Below, in pieces: positions 1-10,718 of a stretch of DNA of 64,000 bases; the first letter of the stretch is position 1, and every line of letters starts with the position of its first letter. This stretch comes from an uncultured Alphaproteobacteria bacterium. Its GTDB lineage: Bacteria; Pseudomonadota; Alphaproteobacteria; Acetobacterales; Acetobacteraceae. The notes beneath the pieces are model-generated. The model was not told the DNA's origin. It did not search any database and was given only the letters and a program-made list of their open reading frames with translations. The stretch spans positions 37,501 through 101,500 of the forward strand of contig CAWBON010000016.1 in NCBI GenBank assembly GCA_963790445.1, read 5' to 3'. A program made the position numbers and the translations under genes.

Positions 1-1557
1 CCAGCGAGACAAAACTGCGAAGCCTGATCAATACGGTGCTGGACACAGTTGTGGACGGTCTGATCACGATCGATCGAAAGGCACCATCCAATCGTACAAC
101 AAGGCCTGCATCAGCCTGTTCGGCTATGCGCCCGACGATGTGCTGGGCCACAACGTGCACATGCTGATGCCGGAACCGTATCACGAGCGAGATACGCACG
201 CGGCCGATCTGGAAACCGCGGTGCCGAAGATTATCGGCATTGGCCGGGAAGTAATGGGGCGTCGCAACGACGGCACGACGTTCCCGATGGAACTGGCGAT
301 TGGCGAATCAGTGGAAGGCGGCAATCACGCCTTTGTCGGCATCATCCGCGACCTGACTGAGCGGCGCGAGGCGGAGAAGCAACGCGACCAGTTGCGTCAG
401 GCGCAGAAGATGGAAGCGGTCGGCCAGCTCACCGGGGGCCTGGCGCATGATTTCAACAACCTTCTGGCGATCATCATCGGCAATCTTGATCTGCTGCGCG
501 AGCTTCGTCAGGACGATCCGGTAACCGACGAACTGGTGCGCGACGCTCTGGAATCTGCCTTGCGCGGCGCGGACCTGACGCGGCGTCTGCTGGCATTCGC
601 CCGGCGTCAGCCCTTGCAGCCGGAACGCGCCGACATCAACGAGCTGATCGGCAGCATCGTGAAACTGCTGACGCGGACATTGGGCGAGAACGTCGCCATC
701 GAACTGGCGTTGGCTCCCAACATCTGGCCTGTGCAGATCGACCGCGCGCAATTCGAGGCTGTGATCGCCAATCTTGCCACCAACGCACGCGATGCCATGC
801 CGCGCGGCGGAGCCCTGCTGATCGACACGCGCAACGGCTATCTCGATGACGCCTATGCCGCGGCGCATAGCGATGTGACTCCCGGCGATTACGTCGTGGT
901 CGAGGTCAGCGATTCCGGTTGCGGCATGCCGCCTGACATGGTCACGCGCATCTTCGAGCCGTTCTTCACCACAAAGGACAGGGCAAGGGCACTGGCCTGG
1001 GTCTGTCCATGGTGTTCGGCTTCATCAAGCAATCGGGCGGCCACATCACGGTGAACAGCGAACTCGGCAAGGGCACGAAGTTCCGGCTGTATTTGCCGCG
1101 GATCGCGTCGACGTCCGATGCAGCGGACGAGCGGTTGGATGAGCCCGTCACCCGTGGCGGCAACGAGACGATCCTGGTGGTAGAGGACAATCCTGGTCTG
1201 CGCCGGATTGTCGTCCGGCAACTAAGCGAGGCCGGATACCAGGTCCTGGAGGCCTCGGACGCCTCGTCGGCGATGGCTATTATCGAGACGCGCACGCCGA
1301 TCCATTTGCTGCTTACGGATATTGTCATGCCAGGTGAGATGGACGGCCGCGACCTGTTGCGCGCCGCCGTGGCCCGGCGGCCTTCGATCAGGACATTGTT
1401 GACGTCGGGGTTCCCTGACGCCCGCCTCGGCGGCCCCGCCTCGCAAGCACCGGGAAGTCGCCTCCTGAGCAAGCCATACCGCAAGGAAGAGTTGCGGCGA
1501 ACGGTGCGCGAAGTGCTGGACGATCCACCGCCGGGTGCTGTGTCCATCGCCAGATAG
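1..1557 (+). CDS. hybrid sensor histidine kinase/response regulator (PAS-HisKA-HATPase-REC), 5' partial, frameshifted
   Basis: PAS-like 'GTIQSYNKACISLFGY', H-box 'GGLAHDFNNLL', G-box continues in the next ORF ('MVFGFIKQSGGHITVNSELGKGTKFRLYLPR'), then receiver 'ILVVEDNPGLR...LLLTDIVMPGEMDG'. Frame breaks near 85 and 975, both at G-runs. Confidence 0.85.
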
Positions 1558-1615
1558 GCACCGCCCCACAGCCGTGATAATCGAGCGCCTCGCAGCGTGA
1601 CAGGAGGCGGATCTC

Positions 1616-2176
1616 ATGAGCGATGGCGGTACGGTGCGGATTCTCGGCATTGCCGGCAGTCTGCGACGCGGCTCGTTCAATGCAGCCACGCTGCGAACTG
1701 CGCAGGAGCTGGCGCCCGCCGGCATGACGATCGAGAGCTTCGATATCGCGCCAATTCCATTGTACAACGAGGACGTGCGCCAGCAGGGATTTCCCGCGCC
1801 GGTCGAGGATCTGCGCACGCGCATCAAGGCGGCTGACGGGTTGCTGATCGTGACGCCGGAATACAATTACTCGATCCCCGGCGTGCTGAAGAATGCGATC
1901 GACTGGGCGTCACGGCCCCCTGAACAGCCATTCGACGGCAAGCCGATCGGCCTGATGGGCGCCAGCGCTGGCGTGTTGGGTACCGGGCGCGCGCAGTATC
2001 ATCTGCGGCAGTGCTTCGTGTTCCTCAATGGCCTGGTGATGAACCGGCCGGAGGTGATGATCCCGGCGGCGCAGAACAAGTTCGACGCGAGCGGCAAGCT
2101 GACGGATCAGGCGACGCGCGATTTCATCACCGCGCATCTGACCGCGTTCAAGGCTTGGGTGTTGCGGATGAAGTGA
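1616..2176 (+). CDS. NAD(P)H-dependent FMN reductase family oxidoreductase
   Basis: Intact 186-aa ORF. 'ILGIAGSLRRGSFN...LLIVTPEYNYSIPGVLKNAIDWASRP' is typical of the NADPH-dependent FMN reductase (ChrR/YieF-like) family. Confidence 0.85.
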   Translation: MSDGGTVRILGIAGSLRRGSFNAATLRTAQELAPAGMTIESFDIAPIPLYNEDVRQQGFPAPVEDLRTRIKAADGLLIVTPEYNYSIPGVLKNAIDWASRPPEQPFDGKPIGLMGASAGVLGTGRAQYHLRQCFVFLNGLVMNRPEVMIPAAQNKFDASGKLTDQATRDFITAHLTAFKAWVLRMK

Positions 2177-2190
2177 CAGTAGGTGCGGAT

Positions 2191-2764
2191 CTAACGCGCG
2201 GCTTTGTGGTACTCGCGGTTCGGCATCATGTCGGTGGCCGAGGCCATGCGGTTCGATAGGTTGAAGAACGCAATGGTCTCGGAGAGATCGAAGATGTCCT
2301 GGCTGGACAGGCCGACGTCGCGCAGCGTGCTGCGATCCGCGTCATCGATCAGCCAGGGCGTTGTGGTGAGCTTCCACGTGTAGTCCAGCATCGCGCGCTG
2401 GCGCGGATCGAGCTTCGCGACGCGATAGTTCAAAGCCATCATCTCGCCGAGTTCCGCATCGCCCGACAGTGCGCGTACCGCGGCACCATGCGCGACCAGG
2501 CAATAGTAGCAGCGGTTGGCCGATGACACGACGACGGCGACCATCTCGCGTTCCAGTTTCGACAGCCCGGAGGCCGCGAGCATGATCTCGTTATACATCG
2601 CCATGAAGTTGCGCAGCCTGCGCGGGTTCAGGCTGTAGGCACTGAACACATTCGGCACGAAGCCAAGCTTGTCGACGCATTTCTGCCAGATGATTTTCAG
2701 GTCGCTCGTCCAGCGTGGCCGGATCGGGAACGCCCAGCTTGGAGATGTGGTCAGGCTGCGGCAT
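2191..2764 (-). CDS. carboxymuconolactone decarboxylase/AhpD-like peroxidase-related protein (frameshifted)
   Basis: 'SSANRCYYCLVAHGAAVR' CxxC motif typical of AhpD/CMD. The N-terminus 'MPQPDHISKLGVPDPATLDE' is in another frame, with the break near 2700. Confidence 0.75.
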
Positions 2765-2872
2765 GGCTGTTGGATCCTTTACAGGAACGGTCCGATTTAC
2801 ACCTGCCTTCCCTTGCGGGCTTGAGCCGCCAAGCGGATCAAGGTTGGGATGGCGGAGCAAATCGGGGCGACG

Positions 2873-3857
2873 TCATTCCAGCACTTCCTGGTTGATCACG
2901 TTGTCGCGGTTCGGCTGACCATCGAGCACGCTCAGGATGTTCTCGGCCGTCACCACCGCCATGCCGGCAACCGACTCCGTCGTGACTCCCGCCATGTGCG
3001 GCGACGTGATCACCTGTGTCGAGCTGCAACAGCGTGTTGTTGACCGGCGTCGGCTCCATGTCGAACACATCGAGACCCGCACCGGCGAGATGCCCGGACG
3101 TCAGCGCGCCATGCAATGCCGGTTCATCGATAATTCCGCCGCGCGCCGTGTTGACGATGAATGCGCCGCGCTTCATGCGAGCCAGGCGTGCGGCATTGAA
3201 CATGCCCCACGGTCTCCGGGATTCTTCGGGCAGTGCACCGACACGAAATCCGCGCGCGGCAATGCAGCATCCAGATCCGTCACCCGTTCGCAGCCCGCCG
3301 CGGTGATCTTCTCCGCCGGCACATACGGATCGTAGATCAGCACGTTCATGTCGAAGCCCTGGCAACGCCGCGCGGACCGCGTGCCGATGCGGCCGAAACC
3401 GACGATCAGCACAGTCTTGCCGGACAGCTCCATCGGCAGCCCGCTGTGACGGTCGGCCCAGGTGCCCTTGCGCACCATCGCATCCAGCGCCGGCGTCCGC
3501 TTCGCGAGCGCCATCATCAGATGGAACGCATGCTCGGCCACCGAGGTCGAATTGGCGCTGCCGGCGACCATCAGCGGCACGTGCCGCGCGGTCAGCGCCG
3601 GCACCTCCACCGCGTCGTAGCCCACGCCGATGCGCGCGACGACCTGCATCGCAGGCGACGCATCCATCTCGGTCTGCTTGTATGGCGTACCGGACAGCGC
3701 GATGCCGGCAGCGTCCGACAAGCATCGGCAGCAACTCCGCCTGCTTGATGCCGGCGGGATAGATCACCACCTCGATGTCGTCGCGGCGGCGCATCACATC
3801 GACGCCTTCCTTGCCCATCGTGTGCGGCAGCAGGACCTTCTTGCGGTTCGAAGCCAT
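2873..3857 (-). CDS. D-isomer-specific 2-hydroxyacid dehydrogenase family protein (frameshifted)
   Basis: Stitched from 3 frames: '[17 protein letters not shown]', '[17 protein letters not shown]' (NAD fold), '[17 protein letters not shown]...AGLDVF', '[13 protein letters not shown]'. Confidence 0.8.
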
Positions 3858-3871
3858 CGTGATGTGTGTCC

Positions 3872-4634
3872 TCAGAGTTTGCGTTGCAGGTTGGCGACGT
3901 AGGTGCGGTTATGCGTCGGCGCCAGCATCACCTCGCTCATCACCACATGCTTCGGCAGGCAGGCGATGTAGCGGATCAGGTCGCCGCAATCCTCCGACTG
4001 CACCATGCGCGCGCGCTCTTCCGCACCCACCGGATTGGGACGCTTGTCGAGGATCGGCGTCGCAACCTCGCCGGGCAGGAACACGGTGGAGCGGATGCCG
4101 TTGACGCATTCCTCCATGTTGATGGTGTGGCTCATCGCCACCACGCCATGCTTCGCCGCGCCATAGATCGGCCCCGAGAAGCCGCCAATGAAGCGGCCGG
4201 CCATCGAGGCGGTGTGGATCAGCACGCCATCCTTCTGCGCGCGCATGAACGGCAGCGCCACGGTGACGCAATACAGCGCCTGCGACAGATTGCCGTGCAC
4301 CATTTCGTCGATGCCCTCCGGCGTGAGTTTGTCCCAATGCCGATCGCGAATGTTGATGCCGGCGTTGTTCACCAGGATGTCGAGCCGGCCCAGCGTGTCC
4401 TTGATGAATTCGCCGATCTTCTGCACCTGCTTCGAATTCGTCAGATCGGCCGGCTGCACATACGCCGTGCCGCCTTGCTGATGGATGCGCGCTGCCACGC
4501 CCTCCAACGGTTCGCGGCGTCGTCCGGTAAGAACGGTGGTGGCGCCCTTCCTCGGCCAGGGCCAGCGCGGCGGCTTCTCCTATGCCGCTTCCCGCGCCGG
4601 TGATCCAGGCAATCTTACCCGCGAGCCTCGGCAT
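3872..4634 (-). CDS. SDR family oxidoreductase (frameshifted)
   Basis: N-terminus '[30 protein letters not shown]' (TGxxxGxG) in one frame, remainder ('LVNNAGI', 'YGAAKHGV') in ORF 3872-4507. Break near 4520. Confidence 0.8.
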
Positions 4635-4773
4635 GAATATTTCCTCCGTGTTGCGAACTTGCGTGGGCGCCATTGAACGTGTTTGCCTGTGGCGGGGCAA
4701 GGGAGGAGCGCCGCGATGGCAACGGTACCTGAGCGATGCCGGCGAAATAACAGTCGCCGCGACAAACGGGATT

Positions 4774-5796
4774 ATGGCTGTCGGCCGGGGACGCTGCGCA
4801 GCGCAACCGGTTGGACGCTGAAACCGGAGGGCATGTGCCAGGCCGAACTCTGCGTGCCATTGCCGGCAACCGCCGTGCAGCGGCGATCGCGTCGACGTGG
4901 CGGCGTTCTGGCAATTGCTCGATCGGCCGGTGGTGCGTGACACTGTCGGCGAAACCTGGGTGCTCGGCGCGGGCGCTGATGAACGCAACAACGCGCTCGG
5001 CCGGGTTGATCGCGCCGGATTTCACGCTGCCTGATCTTGCCGGCGTGCCGCACACGTCTGTCCGCTTTGCGCGGGAACAAGGTCTTCCTCAGTACCTGGG
5101 CCTCCTGGTGAGGCTGTCGCTTTGACTTGCCCGTGTGGCAGCAACTGTTCGACAGCCTGAAGTCCGAAAAATTCATGATCGTGGCAGTGGCGGAGGAAAG
5201 CCGCGGTGCGGAGCATGCGCGGCAGTGGATCGAGCAGGCTGACGCGAAGTACTGGTGCCTGATCGATGAGGATCATCGCGTCGCCGATCTGTACGGCATG
5301 GTCAACGTGCCGCAGGCGGTGTGGATCGATGAGACGGGGCGCATCGTGCGGCCGCCGGAAACCGCGGGCTCAACCGATCATTTTCGGCTGATGGACCGCA
5401 CCACGCGCACGCTCGCGCCCGAGCATCAGGCGGCCCGACAGGATGCGCGCACGGCGTATCTGGATGCGGTGCGCGAGTGGGTGCTGACCGGCCGGTATCG
5501 CGCTGCCGAGTGACGCGGCTCGCCGGATGTTGCCGCGCATCACGCCAGAGATCGCGCTCGCACAGGCGCATTTTCGCCTGGGCGTTTGGCTGCGCCGGCA
5601 TGGCAAGACCGGCGAGGGCGACGCGCATCTGGCGGAAGCCAGCCGGCTGCATCCGGACTCATGGAACATCTGGCGCCAGGCCGCCGATCTGGACGAGGTC
5701 GGCAAGGCAAGCGGCGAAGCGTTCTGGCTGCGCGTGCAGGCGCTGGGCGACCGGCCGTACTATCCGCCGCCAGAACTGCCGCATTCCGACACCTGA
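4774..5796 (+). CDS. TlpA/ResA-like thioredoxin-fold protein with in-frame TGA (selenocysteine candidate, motif WASW-U-GC); several frameshifts; start uncertain
   Basis: Stitched: 'GWTLKPEGMCQAELCVPLP' / 'DRVDVAAFWQLLDRPVVRDTVGETWVLGAGADERNNAL' / 'GLIAPDFTLPDLAGVPHT' / 'LSALRGNKVFLSTWASW[TGA 5109-5111]GCRFDLPVWQQLF...' / tail 'MLPRITPEIALAQAHFRLG...'. The TGA is in frame with ORF 5127-5513. Confidence 0.6.
5112..5157 (+). other. putative bacterial SECIS-like stem-loop immediately 3' of TGA 5109-5111
   Basis: GGCTGTCG (5112-5119) pairs perfectly with CGACAGCC (5150-5157). Inner helix TTGCC/GGCAG (5127-5131/5137-5141) has apical loop CGTGT at 5132-5136. Confidence 0.45.
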
Positions 5797-5814
5797 TCCC
5801 GGGAGCCAACATCA

Positions 5815-6627
5815 ATGGCAACCACCGATTCCGCGTTCGCCGGTTCGATTCCCGCGCTGTACGATCGGCACCTCGGGCCAGTCATGTTCGAGCCCTATGC
5901 AACGGACCTGGTTCGCCGACTGCCAAAGCTCGGCGATGGCGCGATCCTGGAAATTGCCGCCGGCACCGGCATTGTCACGCAGCAGCTGGCGGCCGCATTG
6001 CCGGCGGCGGTTCGCATCGTCGCCACCGATCTCAACCAGCCGATGCTGGACCATGCGGCGAGCAAGCCCGGCATGACGCGCGTGACGTTCCGCCAGGCCA
6101 ATGCGCTCGCATTGCCGTTCATGGCCGCGATGAGTTCGATGTCGTCGTGTGCCAGTTCGGCGTGATGTTCTTTCCCGACCGCGTAGCGGCCTACCGGGAG
6201 GCGCTCCGCGTGCTGAAGCCGGGCGGACAGTTCGTGTTGAACGTCTGGGATACGCTTCCGCTAAATCCGCTCGCTGAAGTTGCCAGCGATGCAGTGGCGG
6301 CCCGCTTCCCACGCGATCCACCGCAATTCCTCGTTCGCGTGCCTTACACATATAACGATGCCGCCGTGATACGTGCCGATCTGGCGGCGGCCGGATTTGC
6401 CAGCATCGCAATCGAGACGGTCGCCTTGACCGGCCGCGCCGCGTCGCATCGCGATCCCGCGATCGGCTTCTGCCAAGGTTCGCCAATGCGCAACGAGATC
6501 GAGGCGCGTGATCCCAACGGATTGCAGGCGGCCACCGATGCCGCAGCCGATGCGCTGGCCGCACGCTTTGGCACCGGCGCCATCGACGGCACCGATGCAG
6601 GCGAAAGTCATAACTGCATCGGCCTGA
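5815..6627 (+). CDS. class I SAM-dependent methyltransferase (frameshifted)
   Basis: '[15 protein letters not shown]' motif I, '[15 protein letters not shown]', '[12 protein letters not shown]'. Breaks near 6125 and 6590. The C-terminus '[10 protein letters not shown]' is recovered in a third frame. Confidence 0.8.
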
Positions 6628-6633
6628 CGTCGC

Positions 6634-7003
6634 CTATTTGCAGGGGAAGCGTTCGGCCAGGAAGTGCAGCAGTCCATCCACTGCTCCCTGCGTCCTATGC
6701 TCCGGCAATGCGCGCACCCAATTGACGAACTCGGCCAGCGTTGCGGTGCGGGTCGGCGCCGGGCTGGGGAAGCAGAACGGCTTCTTGTCGCCGGCGTGAC
6801 GCAGCTCGACGTCAACGGCGCCCTGCGCGAAGCCGTGGCAGTAGTTGATCTTGGCGTCGCCCTGCGGATCCTTCGGATTGGCGCCGCACAGATCGGCGAG
6901 ATCGCCCGCCGTGCGCACATGGATGTCCAGGGCGCGCTGCGCCTGTGCCGGCAGCGCGAAGCAGGATGGCAGCGAGGGCGACGATCGGGGCGACGGATTT
7001 CAT
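6634..7003 (-). CDS. exported Rap1a/Tai-like (immunity-protein-fold) protein (frameshifted)
   Basis: Signal peptide '[15 protein letters not shown]' in ORF 6812-7003. Body 'GDLADLCG...[12 protein letters not shown]...PFCFPSP...ERFPCK' has the Cys pattern I associate with Rap1a/Tai4-type domains. Assignment is from memory only. Confidence 0.5.
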
Positions 7004-7760
7004 GCATTCTCTCCTGGCGGCAAGGGTGTGCCGATTGAAGCCGACCCGGCGCCGTCGCGCCAGCGCTGCCAGCCGGCGGCGCGCAGCTCGCAGGCTGGGC
7101 AGGTGCCGCAGCCGTAGCCCCAGTCGTGGCGATGCGTGCGGTCGCCGAGATAGCAGCTATGGGTTTCGCGTCCGGATCAGTTCCACCAGCGCGTCGCCGC
7201 CGAGCGCGTGCGGCCAGCGCCCAGGTGGCGGCCTTGTCGCGCCACATCAGCGGCGTCTCCAGCACGAAGCGGCGCTGCATGCCGAGGTTGAGCGCGAGCT
7301 GCATCGCCTTGATCGTGTCGTCGCGGCAGTCGGGATAGCCGGAGTAGTCGGTCTCGCACATGCCCGCGACGATGCGACGCAGGCCGCGGCGATACGCCAG
7401 CGCGCCGGCGCAGGTGAAGAACAGCAGGTTTCGCCCGGGGACGAAGGTGTTGGGCAGGCCCTCCGCGGTCATCGCGATCGCGGTGTCGCTGGTCAGCGCG
7501 GTGGAACCCAGCGCGGCTAGGGTCGTCGGACAGATCGACCATGTGGTCGGGGCCGAGCCGGCCGGGCCACAGCGGCGGCCAACGCGTCGCGGACCGGCGC
7601 GCGGCACTCCAGCTCCACCGCGTGCCGCTGGCCGTAGGCAAAGCCGACGGTCTCGACATGCGGGTAGCGGTGCCAGCGCCCAGGCCAGGCACGTCGTGCT
7701 GTCCTGCCCGCCGGAGAACAGCACCAAGGCGTGGTCAGGATTTTCCGGCGTTGTCGGCAT
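7000..7760 (-). CDS. queC: 7-cyano-7-deazaguanine synthase QueC (multiple frameshifts)
   Basis: '[19 protein letters not shown]' PP-loop, '[17 protein letters not shown]', '[12 protein letters not shown]', '[21 protein letters not shown]', C-terminal Zn motif '[13 protein letters not shown]'. Pieces lie in 3 frames. Confidence 0.85.
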
Positions 7761-7815
7761 GGGCGTTCGGGGTTTTGGTTTGGTCCAAGGCAGGTCATAC
7801 GATCCGGCACGATGG

Positions 7816-8052
7816 CTAGAAAGCCATCAGCTCGATGCGCGGCAGGAAATCCTGCGAGCGGTTCCAGTCGGGTTTCGCGTGCTTTTCCATGAGGCCTGTA
7901 ACGAGCAGACATCTGGTTGCCCCGTCGTCCACCAGCGCAATGCTACCGAACAGGGTCACGCTGCGATAGGCCAAGTGGTCATGCTCCAGAAGCCTCCAGC
8001 AGATGCGACAGGGACATCGCCAGGTCGGTCCGGCGCGCGATGGGCACGTCAT
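7816..8052 (-). CDS. hypothetical small protein (tail resembles the C-terminus of PNPOx-like FMN-binding proteins); start/frame uncertain
   Basis: Tail '[36 protein letters not shown]' looks protein-like. The N-terminal part of this frame is Cys/Arg/Trp-rich and probably out of frame. Confidence 0.25.
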   Translation of the reverse strand: MTCPSRAGPTWRCPCRICWRLLEHDHLAYRSVTLFGSIALVDDGATRCLLVTGLMEKHAKPDWNRSQDFLPRIELMAF

Positions 8053-8212
8053 CACAATTTCCTTGCGATCACCGAGGACGGATGCTGCGCGACGGAGTGG
8101 TCTGTCCGGAAGCCTGAACTCCCGGTATGTCGGCAGACCATTCGGGCACAGTCGGGCAGACCTGCGGCCGCATGCACTCGCAACGCCGCCCCGCACACCA
8201 TATGCTCCCGCC

Positions 8213-9038
8213 ATGGACCTCGATTTCACCGAAGACGAAATCCGCCGGTACTCCCGCCACATTCTGCTGCAGGACGTCGGCGGCATCGGCCAGGCAAAGC
8301 TCAAGGCCGCGCGGGTGCTGGTGATCGGCGCCGGCGGGCTGGGCTCGCCGCTGGCGCTGTATCTGGCGGCCGCCGGGGTCGGCACGATCGGCATCGTCGA
8401 CCATGACCACGTGGAACTGTCGAACCTGCAACGCCAGATCGCCCACACCACCGACCGGATCGGCGCTCCGAAGGCAGACTCCGCGGCACAGGCAGCCCAC
8501 GCGATCAACCCGGCGGTGCGGATCGAGCCGCTCAGCGTGCGCCTCGACGCCGACAACGCAGCCGAGTTGATTGCCCGCTATGACGTCATCTGCGACGGCA
8601 CCGACAATTTCGCCACGCGCTTCCTGGTGGCCGATGCGTGCGTGCTGGGCCGGCGCACCTTGGTGTCCGCCGCCGTGCTGCGCTTCGAAGGGCAGCTTTC
8701 GGTGTTCAAGCCACACGTTGCACGGGGGCGGCCCGTGCTACCGGTGCCTGTATCCCGAACCGCCGCCGCCGGGCGCGGTGCCGACATGCAGCGAGGCCGG
8801 CGTGCTGGGCGCGGTCACCGGCGTCATGGGCACCCTCCAGGCGACCGAAGTGCTGAAGGAGATCCTCCGCATCGGCGAGAGCCTGTCCGGCAAGCTGCTG
8901 ATCTGGGACGCACTGGCGACACGTTTCCGTACCGTGCGGCTGCGCCAGGACCCGCATTGCGCGCTGTGCAGTCCGGAGGCGACGATCAAGGACCTGTCGC
9001 AGCACCGCGATGCCGCGGTCCCGGCCTGTGCCAGCTGA
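8213..9038 (+). CDS. moeB: HesA/MoeB/ThiF family adenylyltransferase (frameshifted)
   Basis: 'RYSRHILLQDVGGIGQAKL...VLVIGAGGLGSP', 'LQRQI', two CxxC pairs ('CYRCLYP', 'CALC'). Break near 8715 between ORFs 8003-9232 and 8571-9038. Confidence 0.85.
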
Positions 9039-9408
9039 ACCGCTTGGCATCCTGCTGCTGTCCGGTGCGCATGACCGCGCGCATTACGCGTTCGTGGTTG
9101 CGTCCGGCGCGGCGGCGCTTGGCCGTCAGGTGGTTCTCTTCGCCACCAATGCCGGCTGCCATGCATTGCTGGCGGACTGGGCAGGTCTCACGGATGCCGG
9201 CCGCGACGCCCGCGCGCGCGCAGCCGGCGTAGCGGGACTGGACGAGCTGCGCGAGGCGACGCGCGAGATGGGCGCGCGGCTGATCGCGTGCGAGGCCGGA
9301 CTGCGGGTCGAAGGACTGGACGCGGCGGGTCTTATGCCGGGTGTTGAGGTGGCCGGCATCGCGACGTTCCTCGAGGCTGTCGGCAACGGGCAGATCGTTT
9401 CCATATAA
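9010..9408 (+). CDS. DsrE/DsrF-like family protein
   Basis: 132-aa ORF. 'ILLLSGAHDRAHYAFVVASGAAALGRQVVLFATNAG...LIACEAGL...IATFLEAV' matches the DsrE-like pattern. The real start is probably downstream of 9010. Confidence 0.7.
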   Translation: MPRSRPVPAEPLGILLLSGAHDRAHYAFVVASGAAALGRQVVLFATNAGCHALLADWAGLTDAGRDARARAAGVAGLDELREATREMGARLIACEAGLRVEGLDAAGLMPGVEVAGIATFLEAVGNGQIVSI

Positions 9409-9752
9409 CTCGGGCGCGCCAACCAAGTCGGGCCAATGCGATCAGGGGTATCGCAAGTCGGACAGGGAGTTTCATCAACTGCACACAGAGTTTCACGGAG
9501 AATGTTCAGGCCTGCGCGCAACGCGCTTCGACCAGCCAGTTGCACCATGCGCCATGCAGACATCGTCTCTGGAAAACCTGTGTGCGACTTGCTTGCGATG
9601 CCACCCTCCCCGTTGATCCAACTGCATTGGCGCGCACAACGCCGAAGTCCATCAACCGCCAGCCTTGCCTGACCGGATTGGCGGGGCCTACGCTGCCAGG
9701 CAATGGTGCCATGAGCGCCTTGAACGGCTTCTCCCCCTGACGCGCGTCAGGG

Positions 9753-10718
9753 ATGGCAGTTGCAAGAGGAGGCTTCGCTATGTCTGGTGGCAGTCCCGGC
9801 ACCTCGTCAACACGGATCGAACAACTGGCGCCCGAGTTGGAGAAGATCGTCGCCGTCTCGGAGCCGATCCATCACTTGGCCGACGGGTTCGGCGGCTCGC
9901 ACGGCCCGGCTGAAGGACCGGTCTGGTGGCAGGAAGGCGGCTACCTGCTGTTCAGCGACATCCACAACAACAAGCGCATGAAATATGTGCCTGGCGTGGG
10001 CGTCTCGCTGTTCCAGGAACCGACGAACCGGGCCAATGGGCTGACCCGGGACCTTCAGGGCAGGCTGCTCGCCTGTGAGCACGACAGCAGGCGCGTCACG
10101 CGGCAGGAGCTCGATGGCAGCATCACGGTGATCGCCAACAGCTTTCAGGGGCGGCAGCTCAACCGGCCCAATGATGTGGTGGTGAAGTCCGACGGCTGCA
10201 TCTACTTCACCGACCCGTGGACCAGTCCCGCGCCGCCCCAGCAATGGGACCTGACGTTCTCCGGCGTTTACCGCGTGACGCCCGATCTCGGCACGATGAC
10301 GCTGCTGATCGGCGACTTCGTGGTGCCCAACGGACTGGCGTTCTCACCCGATGAACAGGTGCTCTACATCAACGACTCGCGCCGCGGTCACATCAGGGCG
10401 TTCGACCTGATGCCGAACGGGACGCTCGCGAAGCAGACCGACCGCGTGTTTGCCGACCTGCGCGGCATTGAGCCCGGTGTGCCCGACGGCATGAAGGTGG
10501 ATTCGGCAGGCAATGTGTACTGCGGCGGCGCCGGCGGGATCTGGATCATGGATGCCAAGGGCAAGAAGCTAGGACGCATCGTGCATGGCGCTTCTGCCAC
10601 CACCAACGTCGGTTTCGGTGGCGATGACTGGAAGACACTGTACTTCACCAGCCGGAATCACCTGGGCGCGGTCGGCGTGAAGATACCCGGCATTCCGGTG
10701 CCGGCTGCAAAGAGGTAG
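9753..10718 (+). CDS. SMP-30/gluconolactonase/LRE family protein
   Basis: Intact 321-aa ORF. 'EGPVWW...LLFSDI', 'NRPNDVVVKSDGCIYFTDP', 'PNGLAFSPDE', 'PDGMKVDSAGNVY' beta-propeller repeats. Confidence 0.85.
   Translation: MAVARGGFAMSGGSPGTSSTRIEQLAPELEKIVAVSEPIHHLADGFGGSHGPAEGPVWWQEGGYLLFSDIHNNKRMKYVPGVGVSLFQEPTNRANGLTRDLQGRLLACEHDSRRVTRQELDGSITVIANSFQGRQLNRPNDVVVKSDGCIYFTDPWTSPAPPQQWDLTFSGVYRVTPDLGTMTLLIGDFVVPNGLAFSPDEQVLYINDSRRGHIRAFDLMPNGTLAKQTDRVFADLRGIEPGVPDGMKVDSAGNVYCGGAGGIWIMDAKGKKLGRIVHGASATTNVGFGGDDWKTLYFTSRNHLGAVGVKIPGIPVPAAKR

Noticed and set aside
3909-4991. 360-aa minus-strand ORF
   Set aside because: It is a composite. Only '[30 protein letters not shown]' (the SDR N-terminus) is genuine. 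The remainder is an off-frame reading of the SDR gene and antisense of the ResA-like gene.
5586-6725. 379-aa + strand ORF
   Set aside because: Only its central part (about 6125-6590) is the real methyltransferase frame. The N-terminal third is an off-frame Arg-rich reading, and the C-terminus runs past the true stop (6625-6627 in another frame).
6261-7760. 499-aa minus-strand ORF reported as a single protein
   Set aside because: Only its first ~30 codons and an internal block are real QueC sequence. The rest is out-of-frame read-through across queC, the Rap1a-like gene and the antisense of the methyltransferase.
7816-8556. 246-aa minus-strand ORF overlapping moeB
   Set aside because: Upstream of about 8052 it is antisense to the strongly supported MoeB gene. 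Only the last ~60-78 codons might be a real small gene.
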